This document shows, piece by piece, positions 36,703-44,170 of a stretch of DNA of 64,000 nucleotides. This DNA is from Chloroflexota bacterium. Its GTDB lineage: Bacteria > Chloroflexota > Anaerolineae > Anaerolineales > Anaerolineaceae. The DNA lies in assembly GCA_023381565.1 (NCBI GenBank), contig JAMCRR010000096.1, positions 61,942-125,941 on the forward strand, given 5' to 3'. The stretch's first letter is position 1. Each line of letters starts with the position of its first letter. The notes beneath the pieces were generated by a model, which did not search any database, was not told the DNA's origin, and was given only the letters and a program-made list of their open reading frames with translations. The translations under genes and the position numbers were made by a program.

Positions 36703-37515
36703 ATGCCTTTAACAATCCTTATCCGTGGCGGCGGCGACCTGGCAAGCGGGGTTGCTATCCGCCTGGTGCGAGCCGGTTGGCGAGTACTTGTCACCGAATT
36801 GCCCCAACCATTAACCGTGCGCCGCCTGGTCTCCTTTTCTGAAACCGTATACGATGGCGAGTTCACACTCGAAGGGGTGCAGGCGAAATTGGCCGGAGAT
36901 GCGGCTGAGGCGATGGATCTCATGAGAAATGGCCTCCTGGCAGTCCTGGTGGACCCTCCGGTCGAAGCGCGTTTCGTGATTCACCCCCACGTGATCATCG
37001 ATGGCCGTATGACCAAGCACCCACCAGACCTGCAAATGGATGCCGCTTCAATGGTGATTGGCCTGGGGCCTGGATTTAACGCTGGAGAGAACTGCCATGC
37101 CGTAATCGAGACCATGCGCGGCCACTTCCTGGGGCGGGTGATCTGGCAAGGAGAAGCTGAGGCGGATACCGGGTTGCCTGAAACGGTTGCCGACCACCAG
37201 GCCGACCGGGTGCTGCGTGCCCCGTGCGACGGGAGAGTCGTGGCACTGGCAAAGATCGGAGACCAGGTGGAGCAAGGCCAGGTGCTCGCAGAAGTAGGCG
37301 GTCAACCGGTGAGAGCTGCATTTCGCGGAGTGTTGCGGGGATTAATTCACGAGGGTCTGGTCGTCCCTCAGGGGTTGAAGATCGGGGATGTCGATCCTCG
37401 CCTGGACCCGCGCCTTTGCACCCTGGTTTCTGACAAAGCTCTGGCGATTGGCGGCGGCGCCCTCGAAGCTATCTTATCGAACCGGGATTTAAGACCCCTT
37501 TTGTGGGATAAATGA
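36703..37515 (+). CDS. yqeB: YqeB-family selenium-dependent molybdenum hydroxylase system protein
   Basis: The N-terminus ILIRGGGDLASGVAIRLVRAGWRVLVTELPQPLTVRRLVSFSETVYDG matches my recollection of the YqeB (EF2563) family. It sits in the conserved position before yqeC. Confidence 0.7.
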   Translation: MPLTILIRGGGDLASGVAIRLVRAGWRVLVTELPQPLTVRRLVSFSETVYDGEFTLEGVQAKLAGDAAEAMDLMRNGLLAVLVDPPVEARFVIHPHVIIDGRMTKHPPDLQMDAASMVIGLGPGFNAGENCHAVIETMRGHFLGRVIWQGEAEADTGLPETVADHQADRVLRAPCDGRVVALAKIGDQVEQGQVLAEVGGQPVRAAFRGVLRGLIHEGLVVPQGLKIGDVDPRLDPRLCTLVSDKALAIGGGALEAILSNRDLRPLLWDK

Positions 37516-38840
37516 ACCTGGTAAAAGCTCTGCGGATCGACTCTCGCTCCAGAATGGCTTTGGTTGGGGCGGGTGGCAAAACCACGGCGCTCTTCCGCCT
37601 GGGAGACGAGCTGCCTCCACCTGTGCTTCTGACGGCAACGACCCACCTTGGAGAGAGCCAGGTTGCTCAAGCCGGTCGTCACGTGATCGCTACCCGGGTC
37701 GACCAGATACAAGCGCTGCAAGACAACCTGACCGATACCCCCATCCTGGTCACCGGGCCATTCGGTCCGGATGGGCGAACTCTTGGCCTGGATGCGCCAG
37801 TGCTCGATGCACTGAAATCCCTGGCTGACGATAAGAATCTCCCCTTGTTGATCGAAGCCGACGGCTCGCGGCAGCGACCGTTGAAAGCGCCTGCCGAGCA
37901 CGAGCCTGCAATCCCTGGATGGGTGAGCCAGGTTGTGGTTGTCGCCGGGCTTTCCGGGTTAGGGAAACCGTTAGGGCCAGAATGGATCCACCGTCCGGAG
38001 ATCTTCGCTGCCCTGACCGGGATGAAAATGGGCAAACCGGTATCCCCCGAAGCGCTCGGCACCCTGCTGGCGCACCCGCAGGGCGGATTAAAGCATATAC
38101 CGGCAAGAGCGCGAAAAATCGCCTTGTTAAACCAGGTAGATCATCCGGAAGCGAAAAATCAGGCAGAGGCATTGACGCCCGCGCTGCTGGAAAACTACTC
38201 GGCTGTCGTAATAGCCCGATTAGAAAACGAGCCCGAGAGCGAAGTGCTTTCTGTTCGAGAGAGGATTGCGGGAATTGTATTGGCGGCGGGGGAATCCAGG
38301 CGGTTGGGGCAACCCAAACAGCTTTTGCTATGGCGAGGAGAGCCTCTGGTGCGACACGTGGTTCGCATCGCGCTAGAGGCGGGGCTGAAGCCGGTGGTTG
38401 TGGTTACAGGAGCGGAGGCAGGGGTGGTGTCTGATGCGCTGCAGGCGCTGCCGGTGAGCCTGGTCGATAACGCGGAGTGGGCGAGCGGGCAGAGCAGCTC
38501 AGTGCGCAGGGGGATTGGCGAGCTTAGTGTGGAGGTAGGAGCTGCAATATTCCTGCTATCGGACCAGCCCCAGGTGCCGGTAAAACTGATCGAACAGCTT
38601 GAAGTTGCGCATAGCCATTCATTGTCGGCAATAATCGCTCCAAAAGTTGGTGAACGCCGGGCGAACCCGGTGTTGTTCGACCGGTCGGTGTTCTCAGCAC
38701 TGGCTCAAGTGAAGGGAGATATGGGCGGCAGGGCAATCTTCGACCAATACCCGGTCGAATGGGTTGATTGGAAAGACCCCAGCCTCCTACTGGACGTGGA
38801 TACTCCTGAGGATTACGCGCGTTTGAGGGAAATCGAGTGA
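37512..38840 (+). CDS. fusion of YqeC-family selenium cofactor accessory protein and MocA-like molybdenum cofactor cytidylyltransferase
   Basis: About 250 N-terminal aa are YqeC-like (LVGAGGKTTALFRL...LIEADGSRQRPLKAPAEHEPAIP...LLNQVD). About 190 C-terminal aa form a MobA-like NTP transferase (IVLAAGESRRLGQPKQLLLW...DQPQV...DVDTPEDY). It shares an ATGA overlap with yqeB. Confidence 0.75.
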   Translation: MNLVKALRIDSRSRMALVGAGGKTTALFRLGDELPPPVLLTATTHLGESQVAQAGRHVIATRVDQIQALQDNLTDTPILVTGPFGPDGRTLGLDAPVLDALKSLADDKNLPLLIEADGSRQRPLKAPAEHEPAIPGWVSQVVVVAGLSGLGKPLGPEWIHRPEIFAALTGMKMGKPVSPEALGTLLAHPQGGLKHIPARARKIALLNQVDHPEAKNQAEALTPALLENYSAVVIARLENEPESEVLSVRERIAGIVLAAGESRRLGQPKQLLLWRGEPLVRHVVRIALEAGLKPVVVVTGAEAGVVSDALQALPVSLVDNAEWASGQSSSVRRGIGELSVEVGAAIFLLSDQPQVPVKLIEQLEVAHSHSLSAIIAPKVGERRANPVLFDRSVFSALAQVKGDMGGRAIFDQYPVEWVDWKDPSLLLDVDTPEDYARLREIE

Positions 38841-38862
38841 CCTCAGTACCGGACTTAATCCC

Positions 38863-39450
38863 TTGCAGGTAGGCGCTATCGTTCTCGCAGCAGGGCTATC
38901 GCAGCGTATGGGCAGACCCAAAATGCTGCTGCCGTGGGGCCAGACGACCGTTCTTGGGCAGGTGGTCGCGACCCTCAGTAAGGCCGAATTGGGAGAGATT
39001 CTGGTGGTCGGGGGTGGAATGTCCATGGAGATTGCGGCAGGCTTAGACGGCACACCTGCACGCCTGGTCTTAAACCCGGATTATGCCAATGGCGAGATGC
39101 TGTCTTCACTGCAAGTTGGGCTGGCAAACCTTAATGGAGATTGCCAGGCAGCTTTGATTGTCCTGGGCGACCAGCCTCAGATTGAGCTGATTGTGGTGCA
39201 GGCGGTGCTGCGTGTCTGGGATCAAGAGCCGGGCAGCCTGGTTGTGCCGAGCTACAAACTCCGGCGCGGCCACCCCTGGCTGCTGCCACGCAGCATGTGG
39301 GCTGAAATTTTTTCGCTGCAGGCTCCTGCGACGCTACGTGATTTTCTCAACGCTAAAGGTGTGGAGATCCATTATGTGCCGGTCGATACGCCCAGTATCC
39401 ATATTGACCTGGATACGCCTGAGGATTATCGGCAGTACAAACCTGGATAA
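38863..39450 (+). CDS. mocA: MocA-like nucleotidyltransferase (molybdenum cofactor cytidylyltransferase), second copy
   Basis: The sequence IVLAAGLSQRMGRPKMLLPWG...LGDQPQI...DLDTPEDY matches the family. The start is TTG and its position is approximate. Confidence 0.75.
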   Translation: MQVGAIVLAAGLSQRMGRPKMLLPWGQTTVLGQVVATLSKAELGEILVVGGGMSMEIAAGLDGTPARLVLNPDYANGEMLSSLQVGLANLNGDCQAALIVLGDQPQIELIVVQAVLRVWDQEPGSLVVPSYKLRRGHPWLLPRSMWAEIFSLQAPATLRDFLNAKGVEIHYVPVDTPSIHIDLDTPEDYRQYKPG

Positions 39451-39463
39451 AACAAACCGGAGA

Positions 39464-39493
39464 CTGACAAGCGCGGTGCGGATCGGTTATAAT
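39464..39493 (+). promoter_or_regulatory. sigma-70-like promoter candidate for the glmS leader (CTGACA-18 nt-TATAAT)
   Basis: TGACA lies at 39465-39469 and a perfect TATAAT at 39488-39493. This is about 65 nt upstream of the ribozyme-like element. Confidence 0.5.
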
Positions 39494-39554
39494 GGATTAG
39501 GATTTCTTGAGATAATCCAATGGAGGCTGACCAGGCAAATAATCAAACCATGGG

Positions 39555-39795
39555 GAAGAAAGCGCATGGCCTTGCTCGCGAGATCGATCTTTGGGGGTAG
39601 AGAAGGGGCAAGGTGACGAGGATGAGGGTTCCCCTCCGCAAGGTGGGGTTAACCGGAAAGCTTACAGGCTGCCAGCCTGGGCGCCGGGAAAATCGACAGA
39701 TCAGCGGAAGCCCTCCGGATAAAAACATCCGATATCTTTCCCACAATCAAGAATGGCGCTGAAATTGCTCCTATTTCTTACGGAGACAGCGCAAC
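39555..39795 (+). ncRNA. glmS ribozyme: glmS ribozyme-like element (GlcN6P-responsive self-cleaving leader)
   Basis: It lies on the sense strand in the 436-nt leader of glmS. It has the cleavage-site context A|GCGC at 39561/39562. P1 arms CCTTGC (39570-75) and GCAAGG (39608-13) are followed directly by the invariant-like GACGAGGATGAGGG (39615-28). GAGGG (39624-28) can pair with CCCTC (39711-15) in the context AGCGGAAGCCCTCCGG, compared with GGCGGAUGCCUCCCGG in Bacillus. A P3-like hairpin CGGAT/ATCCG (39716-31) and a P4-like stem GCGCTG/CAGCGC are also present. Confidence 0.65.
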
Positions 39796-39886
39796 TATTC
39801 GCACTATGATCAGCCCAGGCCTCGCCAGAGCGACTTTCAACGTCTGTGAGGCGAGGATGGGTTGTGCACTACAGGAGGCATAAACT

Positions 39887-41728
39887 ATGTGCGGGATTGT
39901 TGGGTACATCGGCGAAAAAGACGCAACCCCCATTATTTTGAACGGATTGAAACGGCTGGAGTATCGTGGGTATGACTCGGCTGGATTGGCAGTGCTCCAG
40001 AACGGAAAGATCGCCCTGCGACGGGATGCGGGTAAATTGGACCATCTTGCGGCATTGGTGGCAGCCCAACCGGTCAGCGGCAGGCTGGGCATCGGCCATA
40101 CGCGTTGGGCGACCCACGGCGAGCCCAGCGCCCGGAACGCGCACCCTCATCTGGGCAGCACCGGTGAGGTGGTGGTGGTGCATAATGGCATCGTCGAAAA
40201 TTTCCTCGAGCTGCGTGATGAGCTGGCTTCTGAAGGGGTCAACTTTCGCTCGGAGACGGATACCGAAACCATCGTCCACCTGGTCGAGCGCTACCTTTCC
40301 ATAGGCGTAACCCTGGTGGAGGCTACGCGCCGGACTTTGCTTCAGCTCAAAGGAGCGCATGGGATTGTAGTGATGTCCTCACGCGAGCCGGATAAGATCA
40401 TCGCCGCGCGCGTTGGCAACGCAGGCGGGGTGGTGGTGGGGATTGGCGAGGGTGAGATGTTTATCGCTTCCGACATTCCGGCCATCCTCGAGCATACCCG
40501 GCGCGTGATCTTCCTGGAATCGCGCCAGATGGCTGTGGTCACCCGCGACGGTGCGAGTCTACAGACGCTGGAGGGAAAGCCAATCCAGCTGCAGATCCAC
40601 ACCGTTTCATGGGACCCAGTGGCGGCGGAGAAAGGCGAGTACCGCCACTTCATGCAGAAAGAGATCCACGAGCAGGTGCGCTCCCTGACCGACACTCTGG
40701 CAGGGCGGGTGGATTTCGACGAAGGCAGAATTCGCCTGCCTCAGCTCAACCTGGCACCAGAGCTGGCGCGCCGTATCCAGAAGATCTTTATCACAGCCTG
40801 CGGAACCGCCGCGCATGCCGGTATGGTGGGAAAGATCCTGATCGAGCGTATTGCCCACATCCCCGTCGAAGTCCAGATTGCCTCTGAGTTTCGCTACAGC
40901 GATCCGATTTTGGGAGAGAACGATGTGTTACTGGCGATCAGCCAATCCGGTGAGACTGCCGACACGCTGGCTGCCATGGAAGAAGGGCGGAGGAAGAATG
41001 CAGTTTTGTGGTCGATCGTCAACGCCATCGGCTCGCAAGCTATGCGTATTGCGGATGGTTATATCTCCATGCAGACCGGGCCGGAGATCGGCGTAGCCTC
41101 AACCAAGGCGTTCACTGCCCCATTGGTCGACCTGTACATGCTGGCCATCCTGCTGGCAGACCAGCGAGGGGAGCTGACCGACTCAGAACGCCGCCGATTG
41201 GTTGCCGACCTGAGCCGGGTGCCCGATCTGGTCGGGCGCTGCCTGGATCGTGAGGCGGAGGTCGAGCAGATCGCCCGCCGGCTCAAGGAGGTGCGCAGCG
41301 CCCTGTATCTGGGAAGGGGCATTAACATGCCTATCGCCTACGAGGGCGCCTTAAAGCTCAAGGAAATCTCATACATACACGCCGAGGGTTACCCGGCGGG
41401 CGAGATGAAGCATGGGCCGATTGCCCTGGTAGACCGGGAGATGCCGGTGATCGCCCTTGCCCCGAAAGATCCCTGGTACGATAAAATGGTCAGCCAGATC
41501 GAGCAGGCGAGAGCGCGCGGTGGAAACGTAGTAGCGGTTGCTACAGAAGGTGATGAACGCGTGGCAAACCTGGCCGATGCTGTTTTGTGGGTGCCGGACG
41601 CGCCCTGGATGCTCAGCCCGGTGATCACGGTTATACCGCTCCAGCTACTGGCTTACCATATCGCCACGCTGCGCGGGCTAGACGTAGACCAACCGCGCAA
41701 CCTGGCCAAATCGGTAACGGTGGAATAG
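39887..41728 (+). CDS. glmS: glutamine--fructose-6-phosphate aminotransferase
   Basis: It has the MCGIVGYIG N-terminal nucleophile, two SIS domains and the C-terminal NLAKSVTVE. AGGAGG lies 7 nt upstream of the start. Confidence 0.97.
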   Translation: MCGIVGYIGEKDATPIILNGLKRLEYRGYDSAGLAVLQNGKIALRRDAGKLDHLAALVAAQPVSGRLGIGHTRWATHGEPSARNAHPHLGSTGEVVVVHNGIVENFLELRDELASEGVNFRSETDTETIVHLVERYLSIGVTLVEATRRTLLQLKGAHGIVVMSSREPDKIIAARVGNAGGVVVGIGEGEMFIASDIPAILEHTRRVIFLESRQMAVVTRDGASLQTLEGKPIQLQIHTVSWDPVAAEKGEYRHFMQKEIHEQVRSLTDTLAGRVDFDEGRIRLPQLNLAPELARRIQKIFITACGTAAHAGMVGKILIERIAHIPVEVQIASEFRYSDPILGENDVLLAISQSGETADTLAAMEEGRRKNAVLWSIVNAIGSQAMRIADGYISMQTGPEIGVASTKAFTAPLVDLYMLAILLADQRGELTDSERRRLVADLSRVPDLVGRCLDREAEVEQIARRLKEVRSALYLGRGINMPIAYEGALKLKEISYIHAEGYPAGEMKHGPIALVDREMPVIALAPKDPWYDKMVSQIEQARARGGNVVAVATEGDERVANLADAVLWVPDAPWMLSPVITVIPLQLLAYHIATLRGLDVDQPRNLAKSVTVE

Positions 41729-42073
41729 GGGAGTATGCATGGCAACATCGGACCTTGTGGCCGATGTTGGCTGATGCTGCAATGCCATCTCTTCTCGATG
41801 ACCGTGCAATATTCCCTTGCCGCCTGGCACAAAACCCACTAGAATCATGGTGTCTATAGGTAATTATTAACTTAAATCCAAATTTGCAGCCACCTGCTCT
41901 TCATAAATCCTATGTGTCTAAGGGGGGATTTTTCAGAGATAGATGATTTCTCTTATGGTTTCGTCAATATGAAGTCCATAGCCTGGATGTTCGAAAAAGG
42001 TTTCACAAAGCTTTCTGGAACTATTCGAGCACGAGAGATGTAATTTGACCATCCCTGCACTTCGAGGATATCT

Positions 42074-42739
42074 ATGACACAAAAACCTGTATTACCACGC
42101 AAGAAAAATCGTCCTGTCGTGCCAATTTTAGGTATTGGTTTGTTGGTTGCAGTGCTCCTGGCTGTCGGGGGTTTTGGGTTTGCCGCCAGCCAGGAATCTC
42201 ACGACGGTTTCTGCGCTTCTTGCCACACGCAGCCAGAATCGACCTTTTTCCAAAGATCGACTACGAGAACACCCGTGGACCTGGCCTCGTTCCATACGAC
42301 CAAAAGTACCCGTTGTATCGACTGCCATTCCGGGCAGGGGATTATCGGCAGGATGACGGCTGAATTGATCGGGGCGCGCAATGCTTTCAAGTGGTATACC
42401 GGCACCGCTGTGCAACCCGCGGTGTTGACCTTCGCCATCGGTGACCAAAACTGCTTGAAATGCCATCAAAACGTTACCCAGCAGGGATTTACTCCCATCG
42501 AGCAAATCACTGTCCCGGGAGCGACGACGACCAGAGAGGGAGAGCGCGAAGGCCGGAACAACCACTGGCATGAGTTCCTGGTTCGCTGGCAGGCTGCATC
42601 TCCGACCGCCGGAAGCTGCGTGAGCTGCCATTCTGGACACACGATGGGGAGTGCAGCGCAGAACGGTTTTATGAATGCTCAAGACGTCGAAAGCACGTGC
42701 AACGCCTGCCACCAGGTGTTAAGAGAACGCGAGGGGTGA
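42074..42739 (+). CDS. membrane-anchored pentahaem c-type cytochrome (NapC/NirT/NrfH-like)
   Basis: It has an N-terminal TM helix (VVPILGIGLLVAVLLAVGGFGFA) and five CxxCH motifs (CASCH, CIDCH, CLKCH, CVSCH, CNACH). Confidence 0.8.
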   Translation: MTQKPVLPRKKNRPVVPILGIGLLVAVLLAVGGFGFAASQESHDGFCASCHTQPESTFFQRSTTRTPVDLASFHTTKSTRCIDCHSGQGIIGRMTAELIGARNAFKWYTGTAVQPAVLTFAIGDQNCLKCHQNVTQQGFTPIEQITVPGATTTREGEREGRNNHWHEFLVRWQAASPTAGSCVSCHSGHTMGSAAQNGFMNAQDVESTCNACHQVLREREG

Positions 42740-42859
42740 CGGATGAATCAAATAGAAAGCCGGGTGATTTTAGATAAAATAGATTGTAATTATCGTATAT
42801 ATCCGGTACAATCGTTCTAAATCTTATTCCAGATGAGAGGGTGGAAGGAGGTAGGCAAA

Positions 42860-44017
42860 ATGAGTGACCAGTCCAAGGTAATGGTGATGGTCGGGACACG
42901 CAAAGGTGGGTTCATTTTTACCAGCGATCGGGATCGGAAAAAATGGTCGGCAGGTGAAATGCTCTTCAAGGGTTGGAATACCATGCAAATCATGATGGAC
43001 AGGCGGGATCAGCGGTTGCATGCCGCCGTGAACCATTTTTCCTTTGGGACGGCGCCTCACCATTCGGATGACCTGGGCCAGACCTGGAAGCAGGCAGAAG
43101 GTGTGCCGGCTTTTTCGCGGGCTTCAAAATCCGGGCACCCATCTGGGACAGTTGAAGAGGCGTTTTCGGGCGGACCGGATTTGAGTAAACCGGAAGAAGT
43201 GATCAAGGTTTGGAATATCACCCCGGGCCTGTCAGACGAACCGAATGTGCTGTATGCCGGGGTTCAACCAGCCGCCCTGTTTAAATCCACCGACCGAGGC
43301 GAAAGCTGGTCACTCGTCGAGAGCCTTTTCGATCACCCCCAGCGCGGCCAGTGGAATCCGGGTGCAGGCGGTTTATGTTTGCACACAATCCTCCTCGACC
43401 CGGTGAATTCAGATCGAATGTATGTGGCTATTTCCGCGGCCGGTGTCTACCGAACGGATGACGGCGGCAAGACCTGGCAGCCGCGTAACAAAAACGTGCG
43501 GGCCGACTTTATGGGAGAAAGCCAGTTTCCCGAATTCGGGCAATGCGTCCATAAGGTTGCCATGCATCCCTCACGCCCGAACGTCCTCTATCAGCAAAAT
43601 CACTGCGGGATGTACCGCAGCGACAACAACGGCGACGATTGGATCGATATCGGTGAGGGACGCCTCCCCAGTCGTTTTGGTTTCCCCATTGCGATCCATC
43701 CCAATGATCCGCAAACCATTTTTGTTATCCCCGAAGAGAGCGATCAGTTCCGTATGAGTTTGGATGGCCAGTTCGCCGTATGGCGCAGCCGCGACGCCGG
43801 AGAAACCTGGCAGCGCCAGACGAGCGGTTTGCCTCAAGGAGCGCACCTGGTGGTGCTGCGCGACGCCCTGGCAACCGACACACTGGATCCCGCCGGGATT
43901 TACGCCGGAACTGACACCGGACAGCTTTTCTACAGCCGCGACGAGGGTGAGACGTGGGAGATCCTGGCAGCTTTTCTCCCTCCGATCCAATCGGTAAAGA
44001 CCGCGGTCGTTTATTAG
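42860..44017 (+). CDS. BNR/Asp-box repeat beta-propeller protein (sialidase-like fold), no signal peptide
   Basis: It has five SxDxGxTW Asp-boxes (SDDLGQTW, STDRGESW, TDDGGKTW, SRDAGETW, SRDEGETW). ATG 42860 is preceded by GGAGG. Confidence 0.75.
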   Translation: MSDQSKVMVMVGTRKGGFIFTSDRDRKKWSAGEMLFKGWNTMQIMMDRRDQRLHAAVNHFSFGTAPHHSDDLGQTWKQAEGVPAFSRASKSGHPSGTVEEAFSGGPDLSKPEEVIKVWNITPGLSDEPNVLYAGVQPAALFKSTDRGESWSLVESLFDHPQRGQWNPGAGGLCLHTILLDPVNSDRMYVAISAAGVYRTDDGGKTWQPRNKNVRADFMGESQFPEFGQCVHKVAMHPSRPNVLYQQNHCGMYRSDNNGDDWIDIGEGRLPSRFGFPIAIHPNDPQTIFVIPEESDQFRMSLDGQFAVWRSRDAGETWQRQTSGLPQGAHLVVLRDALATDTLDPAGIYAGTDTGQLFYSRDEGETWEILAAFLPPIQSVKTAVVY

Positions 44018-44040
44018 AAGACACAATTCATCGCAAGTTG

Positions 44041-44100
44041 TAGGACGCGGATAAGCGCGGATTTGTGGATCACCGCAAATCCGCACCTGTTCGCGTCCTA
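44041..44100. other. 60-nt two-tier inverted repeat / stem-loop downstream of the BNR gene
   Basis: The outer arms are TAGGACGCG (44041-49) and CGCGTCCTA (44092-100). The inner arms are GCGGATTTG (44057-65) and CAAATCCGC (44076-84). No U-tract follows. Confidence 0.5.
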
Positions 44101-44170
44101 TTCCATTCCTGGTATGCCTCTGGACTTCTACTCAATATTATGAGAAACTAACGGGTAGCCAGAGAAAAAA

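Noticed and set aside
19633-39450. Given the selenium theme, I looked for TGA-encoded selenocysteine, meaning same-frame ORF pairs separated by a single TGA, possibly with a downstream SECIS-like hairpin.
   Set aside because: No pair of adjacent ORFs in this region is joined in frame through a lone TGA. All genes have full-length family matches without internal stops. The selenium here, if any, would be the labile cofactor type rather than Sec.
41743-41769. A 9-bp hairpin (CAACATCGG / CCGATGTTG) lies 15 nt after the glmS stop. I considered it as a terminator.
   Set aside because: It is not followed by a U-tract and has a 9-nt loop. It may still act as a weak or factor-dependent terminator, but I cannot support calling it.
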